DNA of 64,000 nucleotides from the human T2T-CHM13v2.0 reference genome, Homo sapiens: NCBI RefSeq assembly GCF_009914755.1, contig NC_060926.1. The stretch is one strand, 5' to 3'. The notes below the pieces were generated by a model. The model was not told the origin of the DNA, searched no databases, and was given only the letters and a program-made list of their open reading frames with translations. The position numbers and the translations under genes are program-made. Positions 29,919 to 46,600 of this stretch are shown piece after piece (position 1 is the stretch's first letter; each line of letters starts with the position of its first letter).

Positions 29919-31571
29919 AATTTTTGAGATTTTTAAATGCTTTCTTGTCAGCAAATTAAATTGTCATTATTTTTACTTAGTACTATCGTTTACAGAGAGC
30001 TTGTGCAAGAGCTGAAATGCCTATAGGAATAGAAGTATTGTCAGCTCCTCCTTTTTCTTGTTTACTTGCTCTTGCACTATTGGTATTCTTTTTAATTTAA
30101 AGTTTATCCACAAAATAATTTACTTTAAGCTACTTATCTTTTTTGTAAGTTGTTAAAACTAAATATACTCTAAGTCTCCCTAGTCAGGAACACAGAAGGC
30201 ATCATACTCTGCAATACACTGAGAGTTAACGTACTGGTAGGAGCTTTGCTATCAATTCTCTGCACGGAATTCCTCAGGCACAGTGTATAACATGTAATCA
30301 TCTGATGAAGAAGCTCAGGTCATCAGTATCATCTGACAAATATTATTAAAGCTTAATTTAATTCTTAGAATTAAAAAATATGTTCTATAACCTATGTAAA
30401 TTCCAAGATTTTCTTTCCTATTCCCAAGAGCCCTCCTCCCACTGAAGTACGCCTGCTGTGGAGATCCCTGGTTGAAAGAACGGAAACCCTCCCCCTGCCA
30501 GCACCAACACAGTTGGTAGAAATAGGACTGTGTGGTTATTGCCACTAACACCGAAATTATCAATTTCACACCTAGATGCTAATTCTGGACTGTGAATTTT
30601 GCTTTTTAAAAATTTCTGTGTGGATTCTTTGTGTTATTTTTCAAGTCACAGTGAGAATTTAGCTGCTTCATTCCCAGGGACAATGTAGGTCTGACTGTTC
30701 GCTACTCTGCCTTAGGCCCAGAGCTTTTGGCTAGCTACAAAACTATAAACTATAATGGGTTGACAATTGTACTTATCCAAACGCTAGAACCTTTCAATGC
30801 AACCAGTACTATATAAATGGTGCTTTGTCAAATTTTCTCTAGGCTTTGTCTCATGTCTCTTTTACTATCTTGAATTTAGCAAAGTAAGACTAGTATGTAA
30901 ATGATTTTCCAGTTACAGAGACATACATTGTCTCATCCATTTATTCAAAAATATGTACGGAGCAGGAACAAGTACTGTGTCAGATGTTTGATTGTCTCTC
31001 CTAGAGCTTCGGTGCTTGCTCTTAAGAATGTGTTTATACGTGACTCTGTGTGCATGTATTCCAGTTGACTTACATTTAAAAATACTACCAACATATTTGA
31101 TACCATGGTCCCATGAATTCATTCATGGCATTCTTTTAGCATTTCCTGGGTTGTTGAAATCGGCCTAGTGCCTACCTGGGTGCTCAGGAGCTGAAGCAGT
31201 ATATATGTAGAAGGAGTATTCCAGCAGATATGTTTTCTGCTCCTGAGTTTAAATTTAGATTTTATCAATTCTTCTACAGATTCTGGCTCACATAGACTTT
31301 GTGCTCAAGCATAGCCGTATGATAGAATCACATCGCCAATAAACAGTATAAAAACTCTACTGCAAATAGCCTCTGTTAGAAGAGCCTCCCATCTCAATTC
31401 ATTTTAGAGTAATCAATAAAATAGGCTTGGACCACAATGTTGGCAAATAGATTTTTCAAAAATAATAATACTGTTGCAAAGAGGCCGGTGGCACAGGTTA
31501 AAAAAAAATACCAAAAAATTAGAAATATCTAATAGAGAAATCTGCAAATGATGGTGGAATTTCCTTTGCAG

Positions 31572-31654
31572 GAGGCTGCTCCCCTCAGGCCCGTCCTGCT
31601 GCCATTCGGCAGTGCATTCCAGCCTGCAGAAAACCTTTCTCCTACTGTACACAG
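31572..31654 (+). CDS. THSD7B: THSD7B coding exon E: GGCSPQARPAAIRQCIPACRKPFSYCTQ
   Basis: Acceptor ttcctttgcAG, donor GTGAGT at 31655; 83 nt, phase 1 to 0. Confidence 0.93.
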
Positions 31655-33417
31655 GTGAGTCATGTGCTGGAGTCTTCTATAAGTGCATTAATTGCTGTGT
31701 TTTACACATGCAATCAGATGTTCTCCTGCCGGCTGCAGCCCAAGCAGCAGTTCCACGTGCCCATGATACCATCTAGAGGCATTTGCAGGAGTAATCCCAG
31801 TTATAAAGAATTTCTCGTCAGGACCATGTATTAACAGTGTTTTTCTATAAATCTGTCTTTAGCCAAATCTATCTTTCAAATACCTAATTTATGTTAGCTC
31901 TATTTACCAGTAAGTATTCTCAGTTGACTTATGTCTTCTCTTCTTAACCTTTTATACGCCTCAACTATTTTGAAAGATACTATAAATGTTCATATTTGCT
32001 AAAGTTATTATGCAAATTGTATTACACTATGATTACTGTTGAGTGAGTACATTTTTAGTTTATTTTAAATAAACTGAATATGTGACTATGGTTGAAAAAA
32101 ATATGTGTATGGGGTGGCGGTTATGCATGTATTTTTTTTTCAAAGCAGAAATTTATTTGTGCTTTTTCTCCTATAACTCCCATCTACCACAACTCAGGAA
32201 TTAATGTAAAACATGTAATGTATTCTAATCAATGGCACTCATGGTGAGCAGTGCACTATAATTCTTAAAAACTATACTACATTTTTTAAAGAAACAAGCT
32301 TTTTCTTATAGTATGCCTATTCTAAAAGTGATTTGATTAAAAATAATTCAAGTACTCAGTCCTATTATTGGCCTTACAAATCAAGATGGGTTAATTCTTT
32401 ACCACAGAAAAGACAGTGGGTCAGCTTGCAGAGGGGAATAGAAGGAAAAGAGGGGAAGTTCAGGAACAACTCCATTTGGGTTAATGATGTTTGAAAAGTA
32501 GAAATTGTAGCTTTTCACCAACTCTCTGGATGTCCTCTTTAATTAAACAGAAAATACTTTTTTCCTTGAACTCTTGAACATATGACTGACTGGTTACAAG
32601 TTTTATCTCATGCTAAAAATAGAGATGCATCTTGAGAATATGGCTTCAATAGCTAAGCACATACAAATTTGCTTAGATATCTCCACTGTGATATGAAGAT
32701 ATCATTTTGTGATACTTTCAATTAAAACCAACTGAAAATATCATATTTATGTTATTATTATATGAATGCAACCTGAACTAAACTATAGGCTGTTAACTAT
32801 AACATGTGCTCTTACTTTTTTTCTTTTGTAGAAGATTGAGGTGCTTTGTTTACTTTTAGTATCTGTTTCTCCTCAAAATCATGTGTTCAGTCAATAATTG
32901 ATGACCTAAATAAAGTTAACTGGTTGATGAGGATTGGCATGAGTAGCTATGTGAAGCTAAGGTCTGTTCAGAAAATGCTAGATAAATAGCTTTAGGTAAG
33001 GAGCCATAAGAGCGAAGTCATAGAGATTCATAATCTTATGCTTATTCTCTTCCACTCTTCTCTATTGTCTGTATACTTGCTGGAGGAAGAGCAGTTATTT
33101 TCAAGTTCACTTCCAGAGACAGATAGGAATCTTCATCCATCATGTCTCATAATAATCTGCTTCTTGGTGACATTCATTGTACTTAAAAATGACCAGAAAT
33201 TTACAGACTAATATAAAAGACCCATTGTCACAATGCCAACTAGAGATGTGATGTGGGGTGACACTCGAGTTATTACAAGGAAGGAGTAACTCAGATAGGC
33301 ATAGGTATATTTCTCTTGAGCATGCGTCTTTGGTGAAGTCTTTTATCTCCCATGTAAGGCTGCCCTCCTTGAGTGCAGAAGTAAGCCTACAAGCAGAGAC
33401 GTAGTTTGACATGGTTA

Positions 33418-34462
<1,045 letters not shown>

Positions 34463-34678
34463 TTTAGTGGTCAATGGTAAAAGGTGATGAAGGGATTTCG
34501 CGGCTGTGATAGCAAGAACACTTAATTCAAAGAAGATATGTACATAATCCCTGTTGCTTTGCTTCTCAGTAAGAAGGGTGGGTTGGAGCAACTAGGCAAG
34601 GATCTGAAACAAATGGAGATAAGAGTTGAAGATAATTTGATTAAATGCCATAAACATCTCCATAAGAGAGGAAAAGAT

Positions 34679-35014
<336 letters not shown>

Positions 35015-35288
35015 TTAACTTTATTCACAAAGAACTATGGTTTAATATTTGGCAGGTGTCAGAATTGTAAACACATTTGAAAAACCTAACATTTGATTTA
35101 AGAGCTGACTTTGGAATTTAAAAAGATGAACTATGTATTTGATTTTCATGTCACTGGTAAGTCAGTTGCCCCAAACCCTACATTGCCATGATGTATAGTG
35201 CAAATATTAAGTGATTTTAACATTATATTTTTATTCATTCACCTGTTCAACTCACTGTGTAACCATAAAAATATTCTTTATGCTGTAG

Positions 35289-35481
35289 GGTGGAGTCTGT
35301 GGTTGTGAGAAGGGCTATACAGAGATAATGAGATCAAATGGTTTCCTGGATTACTGCATGAAAGTACCAGGCTCAGAGGATAAAAAAGCTGATGTGAAAA
35401 ACCTTTCTGGGAAAAACAGACCTGTGAATTCAAAAATACATGATATTTTTAAAGGATGGTCTCTTCAACCACTTGATCCAG
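35289..35481 (+). CDS. THSD7B: THSD7B coding exon F: GGVCGCEKGYTEIMRSNGFLDYCMKVPGSEDKKADVKNLSGKNRPVNSKIHDIFKGWSLQPLDP
   Basis: Acceptor tgctgtAG, donor GTGAGT at 35482; 193 nt, phase 0 to 1; EGF-like CxCxxGY motif and stalk. Confidence 0.94.
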
Positions 35482-35740
35482 GTGAGTTTCAGTTGTGAGT
35501 AAGAAATGAAAATTTTCTCATGGGAGGTCTATATTTTGACCACTTCTCATGATGGAAAGAATTGAGGGAAGGAGGAAAAGAGGAGAGAAGAAAGAGGCAG
35601 TAAGGCATAATTCAGGGTTTCTCAGATTTGAATATTACATGATATATGAGTCCCTTTAAGTGTACAGTGTTTTCATGAATGGTTGAACGTAAGTCTCTCA
35701 ACCTCAGTCTAAGAAACAGTGGGTTAAGTAACAAAAATAA

Positions 35741-36164
<424 letters not shown>

Positions 36165-39100
36165 TTATAAGAAATGTCCAGAGATCCTATTTGCTTCAAG
36201 AAATACTAGTGAAAAGGTAAAGAGTATCAGTTTCAAAGTTAGACCTTACTGGACCCATGGCTTACACACACCTGTTTTGTGATTATGTATAGTTTCTTAA
36301 CTTCTCTGGACCTCAGTTTTCTCATCTATAAACCCAATCTAGTGGTATTTATCCTGCAGGATTGTCATGGATATTGCAGTATTAGGCCTGTAGGGCTCAG
36401 TAATCGACTCTTACTAAGTGCAGGAATGGACATTTATTAGATGCTTTCTGTGTGTCCTGTGGCTCTGTGCTGGCTGGTTGTACAGCATGAAATGTCTCAT
36501 TACATTCTTGCAACCTAATGAGATGTTATCATCCCATTTGAGAGATGAGGAAACTGAAAATGGCAGTGCAGGTTAATTTTATCAGTTTCACACCACCAGC
36601 AAGTGACAGAGGAAGGTTTTAAAGGCAGATCTTTTAGGCTTTTACAAACCCCTGTCCCTGCTTCCTACTTTGTGAATTGGATAGAAGGGGAAAGCCAGTC
36701 TCTGTGGCCATCAGACATACTTCTTTCGGAAACAAAATGCTACAAATGATCAAGCAAAGCAACATTAACTCCTAGGGCATGGGAAGGGAAAACACAGAAA
36801 AACTCAGGCAAATATACCCTAGGAACTCTCCTTCCAAACCCTAGGCCTTAGCCATACCAGAAATGTCTTGATGACCTGTTTAAATGAAGCAAAATCCAAA
36901 GCCCAGGCCCAAAGAAACACAGATCTAACAGGAGAAGCAATATTTATACCCCTCAATCAACTTTTAAGAATTACCACCATATCTTAGTCAACTTTTGCTT
37001 CCCCTATGTGTCTGGGAATGCCAAAGGTGTTTAAAAACATCTCATTAGCTTTAATGCTAAATTAGAAGTAGATTTAAATTTGAAGGAAGCATGATATTAA
37101 ATATAGCCAGGTTCACCCATTGCCTGTGGATCCTATTTCTGACACAGAATTAAGTTGAGGTCCCAGGGAAATGAGTCTTCAAATCCACAAGTAAGCCCTT
37201 AACCTTTTATCCATGGATGGAATTTGGAGATCTAACTAACACAGCAATATCATATGTGTGAGTATATGTGTGTGTGTCTATGTGTGTCTAGATACACAAA
37301 AGTTTATGTATTCACACATATATGTATATTGGTATATAAATTGCATGTGTGTGTGTGTTTATATTTGTATCTATATATATAGATAAGTATATATAAAATA
37401 TATATTTGGTCTTGGGAGAGTTTACAACTTTCATTAGGTTCTCATGGTGAGGGTATAAATTAGAGCACCCTGTCAGGAGGACAGTTAGGCCATACTAATA
37501 TACTTATTTACCTGTCATATATTTTGACCTAAAATGTTCCTCTAAGGAACTCATCATGCAGTTATATGCACATATACTAAAAGAAGTCCGTAAATTATAT
37601 GAATTACATGATTGCTTATTATAGCAAATGAATGAAAACAATATAAATGCCCACAAATAGAATAATGGGAAAACCAAAATATGATATAACTGTGTCATGG
37701 TTTATCACAGGGATACTAAGAAGAGGTAGACCTTCTTTTATGAACTAATATGAAAATATTTCCAACCTATATTGTTTAGTGAAAGAAAAAGTACAAATCA
37801 AAGTGAATGATATGCACCATTTGTGTCTTTTTAAGAAGTGTATGAATTGGTATGTGTGTGCTCAGATGCTTGCATATACAGAGAAAAACTAGAAAGATTC
37901 ACGAGGAAACTGGTAACAGTAATAGCTACTGGGTAGGGAATTGAGAGGTTGGTGGGAAGACTTATTTTTCACTATTATCTTTTTTAATAGTTAGAAGTTT
38001 TAGCCTATCTTTTTTTATGTTCTTACAGAATACATTAATGCTTTTATTAAGTAACATGGCTTAAAGGTTTTGTACCACCACATACCTCTAAACTGAGTAT
38101 TTAAAAGCACTGGATCCTCCCAATGCACCAATCCATAAGTTGTTATGGATTATAAGCTATAAGGAGCATTCTCACTCAGGAAAGACTTTTTTTTTGATCA
38201 ATGTAAAAACTCAGATTAGGCCATTTCATCATTAGTGTTTCAAAGAGATTAGAATCAAAGCTTTGGTAAAAGTTTTATGACCATAGAAAAATACAATTAC
38301 TACATTGAACCTCATTCTAAAATCTGATTGAGACTTGAAAGTGTCCTATAAGCAAAAACTATAATAGGTAGTTGTAATGTAATTGAAAGTAATTGTGATT
38401 TTATTCAAAACAAGTGTTGTTTACAATAGATTTTGATTGATTCCCCCCCCCCCATAGAAGCTTTTCAAATAAGATACTGTTATGTGTATTTTGGACCTGT
38501 AGTTAATTACATTCGTGTAGTATAATGAATCTCTGTGTGTGTTTCTTCCAGAAATAAATGCAATTCCTTTGGGATGCTGAGACATTGCCTTTGTCAGTCC
38601 AATTCTAAGTTTAGTTAGCTATATGCTCATATAAAATAGAGCAAAAAGACATTAGAGTGACAGAAACAACTCAAGTTTCTATCACATGTAGAAAAAGCAT
38701 ATATATATTTGTGAATATATGTATATATACTCAAGCTTATATCTTATATAGAATAAAAGTAACATAATAGATTAAAATATATGGTTGATTCATTTTGTTA
38801 ACTGTAGTAGATATCAGATCCAGAATAATGTGTACTTGCAGACACATGGTCATAATTTTACAGTAATTTGGTGAATTGATTAACTTGTTTGGTCATGTGG
38901 TTTTTGTTTGCCTAGCATCATTTTGGAAGTAGAGCCACTAAAAATGGTCATAGTAGTTTTCTTTCCATGCAAGGTTGTCTCTTAATTATAATTTTCTTTG
39001 TTCTTTTTGTCAAATGTTTTGCCATATTTTTGTATATGCATATGACTATAAACACCTTAAAATAAATTCAAATTAGCCCAACAATTGGCTGGATTTTATG

Positions 39101-39680
39101 AACTAATGATTACCAGTGTTTGTTTGGTATTATGAAAAAATTTGATTGACTATCTTACATTTTACATTTTCGCTTTTTTTCTTCATTTGAGAGCTGTTAC
39201 CTATGTGTATTTCCACCTATGCTTATGACTGACTTATGCGTGTCTCAGAATTCAGAAGAAAAGTAAAACATTCAGTAAAATAAACATTTGGTGCCATGAA
39301 GTTACAACCTAATGTTTTTGAGAGTTAATTTGCTAAAAATCAAACAACAATGCAAACTGTTTATCTGTAAAAGTTCATTAAAAATGGTACCATGTAATAA
39401 CATTTAAGGTTTTTTTCATAGACATAATTTCTAGTAGGAAACCCGTATTCCTATGATGTTCTAAGAGAATCTTTTTAATTCCTGATTATACCTGGCAATT
39501 TACAGAGTATGCTAGAGCATTGCTAACTTCTGCAGTTGAGTGCACAGTTGGCTAAAGTGCTGCTGTTCAAGTACAGAACTGATGGTCAGCTTGGGGTTGT
39601 CAGATCTGATGTTGCCCTATCTCTCAAATGCTGCAGACTTCTGTATGCTAAGCTTCTTATGTTATCTCTATTTTAAACAG

Positions 39681-39768
39681 ATGGCCGAGTAAAAATTTGG
39701 GTTTATGGCGTTTCAGGTGGCGCTTTTCTCATCATGATTTTCCTAATATTTACTTCCTACCTTGTTTG
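39681..39768 (+). CDS. THSD7B: THSD7B transmembrane exon G: DGRVKIWVYGVSGGAFLIMIFLIFTSYLV(C)
   Basis: Acceptor ttttaaacAG, donor GTAAGT at 39769; 88 nt, phase 1 to 2; hydrophobic run of about 23 aa. Confidence 0.95.
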
Positions 39769-40029
39769 GTAAGTACTAATTAGTAAAAAGTTTATGTTCC
39801 GTATTTTTATGGATTTCATGTTATACTTAAAACAAGTATCTCAGGATCATTGCCCATTATAACAGGATTCTTGAGTCCAAAAATTAACAGTAGAATGGCT
39901 GAATGGTTGAAATGAGGAATCATTATTTTTTTGTTCTTATTTGAGATAACATTTTTTAAATTTGGTATTTGAATAATATGAAAATCACTGGTCAGAACTT
40001 TTCCATTTGCATGTTTTGATTTCGATCAG

Positions 40030-40190
40030 TAGTTTTCAGCTTTGACAATACATTGATGTCTCCTGGGGAATCAGGCTTGATCTCACTCCCCAGAGGTTCT
40101 GATTTAATTAGTCTTAGGTGTGGCCAGGTCATCTGGGTGTTGTAAAGCTTCTCAGGTAATTCTAATCTGTGGTCACAGATAAGAAAATTA
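40030..40190. mobile_element. MER5-like hAT-Charlie fragment
   Basis: CCCCAGAGGTTCTGATTTAATTAGTC...CTCAGGTAATTCTAAT resembles MER5; boundaries approximate. Confidence 0.55.
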
Positions 40191-40485
40191 CCATAGATTA
40201 TTTTAGTTCTTAAATTTTGTTCTTAAATTTTGAATGGTTAGGTTAAACTGACCAGTTGGTTGAAAGAACCTGTAAGCACATTTTAAATAGTAGAGCAAGT
40301 TGTTTTGCTATATTGACCAGCTATGAGACAAAATTTAACTGATGGTCATTTGCAAAAAAAAAAAAAACCATTTTGTAAAGCGACTAGTTCTGAGAATTTA
40401 TTAATCTCAGAAAATAATAACTAGTTTATCATACAGAATATATTTAAGTTGATGAACGGCTCTTGAAACCAGACAGAAGTAAATG

Positions 40486-40919
40486 CAGTTGACTCTTGAA
40501 CAATGTGAGGAGGACTGGGGTGCCTACTCCCCACACAGTCGAAAATTCAAGTATAATTTATGACTCCCCCAAAACCTGACTACTAATGGCCCGCTTTTGA
40601 TCAGAAGCCTTACCAATAACATAGTCAAATAACGCATATTTTGTATATGAATTATATAGTATATTCTTACTATAAAGTAAGCTAGAGAAAAGAAAATGTA
40701 ATTAAGAAAATCATAAGGAATACAAAATATATTTACTATTCACTAAGTAGTTATGGATTATCATGAAGGTCTTCATCCTCACCATCTTCATACTGACTAG
40801 GCTGAGGAGGAGGAGGAAGAAAGGGCTGTTTGCCTTATTGTCTCAGGGGTGGCAGAGGCGGAAGAAATTCTGCATATAAGTTGATGCAGTTCAAACCTGT
40901 GTTGTTCAAGGGTCAACTG
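40486..40919 (-). mobile_element. Tigger2a (MER28)-like non-autonomous DNA transposon
   Basis: Terminal inverted repeats CAGTTGACTCTTGAACAA / TTGTTCAAGGGTCAACTG, TA on the right flank; characteristic GAGGAGGAGGAAGA...CTCAGGGGTGGCAGAGGCGGAAGAAA interior. Confidence 0.85.
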
Positions 40920-42535
40920 TAGATTTTAATGTTTTCAAGTGTGCTAAGAATATTATATCAGCTTTCTGAGCAGAAGTTTCAATGGATTTTTTTTTAATTT
41001 TAATGAGATCAAAGTGTTACTTCAATTTTTTCTCCTAATAAATATATTTATATTCATCATCTGTCCCAGAGACTATTTTCCGGAGAGTTTTTACCCAAGT
41101 TTTAATCTTGATTCAAATTCAGCCATTGTCTATTAACCTCAAGTTCTGTTTCCAAGGCTACACAGGTTTTTAAATTTTTGCTCTTGGTCAGTGAAAGTTG
41201 ATGAAGAAAATAAGGTGACTTTAATTCTTTCTGCCACCTACAGTGATAGAAATTGAATCCCTAGAAATTAGATTTCTATCCAACTAACATTTCCCTGTTG
41301 TTGTAGTGAAAAGTTCATCTTCAGTTGGTCATTCATCCTAGAATCAATTTTTTTTTTACTGATTTTCTTTATTCAAATTGATGTTTGGCTAGTATTGCCT
41401 AGATCTACTTTTAATGAACAAATGTGAATTTGAAAGCTTTGTATGAGGTTTAAAGGAATAGGAAGCATTCACCACCAGAAAAGATTAAAACAAGGAGGAA
41501 ATTTCTTAAATTGCAGCAAAGGACACGAAGGTTTGGCCAATAGGAAACTGCTTTCAAAGCAATCAGTAGGCCAACCCAGTGTAAGGTAATTAGATAGTCT
41601 ATCAGTCTATAAAAGCTTAGATGAATTCTAGCTGTTAGTAGCCATATCCCCAAATCTAGATTCTATGGTTCCCATTTCCCCTAAGTATTTAAAAGATTAA
41701 AAATTTACGTGTAGTAACACATACATTTTTCCTTTTTGTTTTCCTCCATTCCCTTCAACCTAAAAATGTGTTAACCATAATCTATTCCTTCGACAACAAA
41801 TATTTATTAAGGCCCCTTTCTGCATGACTCTAGGCTCTGGGAATTAATTAGGTACATCATTGAATTCTGTTAACAAACCACTTTCTAGAGCATTTATATA
41901 TATATATTCATGGGATACAAATGCAGTTTTGCTACATGGATATATTGCTTTTTGGTGAATTTTTAAGTATAAAATACCAATGAAATTTCTCTTTACTTTT
42001 CAGTAGCCAAATTACATAAATATTTATGCATATTGTATCTCATAGCCATTTTTTTGATCCCCAATGTCTGCCTTTAATAATGTCCCTGTGGAAGTAGCGC
42101 TCATATTTGGACCGGCTCCCATCTGCAGTCTACAGCCAGATTCGTCTTTCTGAAGCTTAGCTCCAGGGATCAGCCCTTTCCTACTCATAGATGAGCTCTG
42201 GCTTCCCACTGACAGCAAAACTAAAGTCATGTTTTGGCTGCCTCACCAGTTGACTAAAGTCTTCCACAACTGGAGCCCAAAAAACTCTTTCAAATTTATC
42301 TGCTACTAATTCCCTATACCCTGTACAGGCTGGTGTGTTGTATAGGTCCAAACACATTTAAGTCTTCATTTTCTAACAAGGAAAATTTTTTAAAATAGAA
42401 AAAAATTGACTTTTTAAATAAACTTTGATTTCGATAAGAGAGTAAATTGTCTATGCTAATATTTAATCAATGTGCTAAATTATAGTTCCATTTATTATCT
42501 TACATCATATATAAATACAGTATTTCATTATATAA

Positions 42536-42888
<353 letters not shown>

Positions 42889-43277
42889 TCAATGTCTACA
42901 TCTACCTTTCAGATAAGTCACTCTTATCACTGCTTTAGTCTTTCTTTCCACAGTTCACTTCAGTATCAGGTTTAGTATATTCATTTCCACCCAAGTTGTT
43001 TGAGATACAGCACTTCTTTGGATCTCTTTGTGCTGCTGTTTCAGAAGTTTTATCCTAACATCCAAATACCTATCTGCATATATTAGGGAGATGGCCATTT
43101 TATTTGTGTTGTGTGTATATTTATGATTTGCTTTTTTTTTTTTAAAAAAAAAAAAAAAGCTTGTGGTATAACAAATGTAGCCCCTCATTATGTAAAAGAT
43201 TTTATAGTCATTGAATAAAAGACTATTGCCTCTTTCTGAAAGATAATTTTAGGAGGAATAATTTCACATTAGGGCAC

Positions 43278-43667
43278 TATATTAATCCATTGTCATACTA
43301 CTATGAAGAAGAAATAGCCAAGACTGGGTAATTTATAAAGGAAAGAGATTTAATTGACTCAACAGTTCTATATGGCTGGAGAGGCCTCAGGAAACTTACT
43401 TACAATCATGGCCCAAGGCAAAGGAGAAACAGGCACCTTCTTCACAGAGCAGCAGAATGGATTGAGTGCTGAGAGTAGGGGAAAAAGCCCCTTATAAAAC
43501 CATCACATCTTTTGACAACTCACTCTCTATCATGAGAACACCATGGGGGAAGCGATGATTCAGTTACCTCCACCTAGTTTCTCTCTTCACATGTGGGGAT
43601 TATGGGGTTTATAGGGATTACAACTCAAGATGAGATTTAGGTGGAGAAACAAAGCCTAACCGTATCA
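43278..43667 (-). mobile_element. THE1D-like MaLR solo LTR
   Basis: Minus strand starts TGATACGGTTAGGCTTTG; 390 bp; perfect TSD GGCAC at 43273-43277 and 43668-43672. Confidence 0.87.
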
Positions 43668-46600
43668 GGCACTTAGGGTACTGCCCCTCTAATTTTCCAA
43701 GGACGTTTCTGCTTCTGTGGCTTACTCCTTGTTTCCCCTTGCTAGCTATTGGTACTCTACCTGTTCATTAATCCCTGTAAAACTCAAATACCAACATTTT
43801 CCTTTTTAAACAGTCTGGAATAACTTGTTCATGTCTCTTTTGTCGTGGTAGTTACCCCATGATTGATAATATTGTAGTTATTTATATAAACATCTTCCTC
43901 CTCTATCAAACTCCAGGGAGTTTGGGTGGGGAGAGGTAATGACTATGCTTTATGGATTGTTTTAAAGCATGAATTTGATAAAGATTTATTGAGCAAATAT
44001 ATAAAATGTATTAGTATAAACTAATTTATTGCCCGTGATTTTTAGAAAAACAGTATAGGAAAAAAAATCTAATATTTATATGTCAAATATTACATACATT
44101 GCCTTATTCAATCATAATAATTCAAGGAGGTGTTGCTATTGCCATCCCTATTTTAAAGAGTAATTGATCCGTAGTGAAATTATATAACTTTTCTGAGGTC
44201 ACCAGCATGGTAGAATCAACCCCAGGTTTGCCTCTCCCTAGAGTTTGCCTATCCCTAGAGTTCATGCTCTTTCTACTGGTCTTTGAGTCATTGTGATTTC
44301 TTTCTCTTGAGTGATGCCCAAAACTCTTTAGACTCAACATAATGTCTATAGCTTCCACATTTCCTAGAGGATTTTTGTTTCACAGGTAAAGTAAGCTGTT
44401 GACCTATTACAGACCTATTGTTATAAAAACACGTACCTTTTACTGTTACATATGAGCCGCCAAAGAAACCCAAATAGATATTTTCACAGCATCTAATTCT
44501 ATTAAATGGATTGCAGAAGAGTTACAGGATGACAGTTTTAGAGATTTTATATTTTTGCCAAAAACAGAAGCCTTAGGACAAGAGAACTGCTATAATATGC
44601 CAGGTCTTTGGTGTATACTTCAGATGAAAGCAATTTATAGTAAAACTTGAAAATGCTTCTGAGAAAATGTCAAAAAAATAGCCTTCTAAAGACTACTTCT
44701 TTCAAATACTAGCCTTTGAACATCTACCATTAGTGTTTGGAGTTTCAGAAATATTATTGATGCCCCTTCTCCTCTGGCAGTAAATATCCATGAAGCAATT
44801 TAATGGGGATGACCACTGGATGAACTTGCTGTTAACCTAGATGTAGCACCTGGAAGTTACACCAGATAATAATGTCCATTCTGCCTGGCCCAGCACAGTT
44901 CTGTAATGCATTCTTATTCTTCCCAAGTTTGAGAGTGGTACTTGCACCTCCAAAGGCTTGTCTCTCACAAATGGCTGCCAAAACAAAATGTGGTTTGCTG
45001 CTTTCATCAAACTAGTTAATCTCTCCTGGCTTGAGAATGAGTCCTTGCTGAGAAGTGCCAGAGGCTTGCTTGTCAGTCCACAATGAGCTCACTTTTCTGG
45101 CTTAATTCATTTTTGTCCTTTGCTAAAATGCAAATGACCCTAAAAGAGGTAACTTTAAAATGTGTCTGCCAGTGATCTTTCACAGCTAGGATTGCAAAAT
45201 GGTTTTATGCTGTGTGCCAACTCTAAAAGTGGCTATGGCTGTCAAGAGTGCTGTTAGGAAGAATGATGAGGCTACACCTCAGCTCAACAGGAGAAAATAG
45301 AGTGATGGATTAGAGATGTCCACCTGGGCACAGGATGACTGGTGGTGTTGGTGGCATATGTGCCAGGCATTTATGGGTCCTGATTTAGTGAGTGAGGGAG
45401 GTGATCATACCTTTTCTGAAACCAGAGTGGAGGAGGAAAAAATAAGAAATAAACTTACTTCTAAAGGAAAAATGTGGATACTGTAGGGAGAAAGGAAAGC
45501 AAGCCAGAGGTTCTAAAGACAAGCCTCCTAGTTGCTGGCCTCCTCAGTGTTGGCCTTGCTGAGTGCAGTCTTGCCCCTCAGCTCCTCCTCCTGAGGTTCT
45601 TTTTTACTGGCCAGAAAGCCTTGCTAAGCTGCTATTCGGCAAAGTACTACCATGTTCAGTGGTCCAGAGATTAATATTTGAGAGGAGGCTGAGCTATTCA
45701 AAGCCATAAAACTTCTCAGATCTCATGTATTCGTAACTGTGATTTTGGTGTCTGGCAATTGGGAGGTTGCACAATATGAAAAGATGCTTGATAAATGAGG
45801 TCCTAATCCCAATGATCCCCAGCACACCACATGGCCCACAAAGGTCCAAGGCCTACCTATTAGTAGCCCCCGCTGGCCACAGTGTCCGTGATTCCAAACA
45901 TGGTAAGTGGTATAAACATATTTGTGTAAATTTTGAATAGAATATTCCAAGCCTAGATCATAGAGGCTGGCCAAGTTGACGTGTCTCCCAGGTGATAGTA
46001 TTGTCTCTTTATAGAGATATGACCACCTCTAGCCGTTCTCCTGGCTTTGCATTCTCAACTCCCCAATGCTTAGGATTGTCTAATTTCTCCTTGCCCAGTG
46101 GCCTTTAGCAAATGCCCATTAAAGGTAGACTGCCAAAATCTCTGTTTTGGAAGCAACTACATTTCTTACCCCTCTCTTCTTTGCTCCCTTCCCGCAGAAA
46201 AAAGAAAACCAAGAGAGGTGGGAGGGAGAAGACTCCTACTGTAATTTCAGATGAACTTCCTTGTACTCTTTTTTGCCATTAAGACAACCCACCCCATCAC
46301 CACCACCACCATCAGGTTTTACAGGCTGTCACTTTCAGATTGCCTCACCCTCTGGTGTGTGCATGATTTCTTAGCACCTTTAAATGCTGTGGAATGGTAT
46401 ACCCAGGACTCCATGTCAAGTGGGGTTCATGCCAGAGCCTGAGCCCATCAGTATAATTAGAGTCACTGGAACATACTTAGTATAGATAAAGTTAAATTGA
46501 ATGTTATTCAGATAATTAAGCAATACCCTTTTGAAAATTGGAGAGGACCTGGAAAGCAGGAAATTGAAGGCTGAAGCTCCCTCTGGAGAATATTCTGAAT

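Noticed and set aside
41245-41280. Inverted repeat GATAGAAAT...ATTTCTATC
   Set aside because: A 9-bp AT-rich stem is expected by chance in 64 kb.
45860-45885. CTCF-like GC-rich motif (TGGCCAGCGGGGGCTA on the minus strand)
   Set aside because: Spacing is one base off the CCASYAGRKGGC core; too weak to call without a scan.
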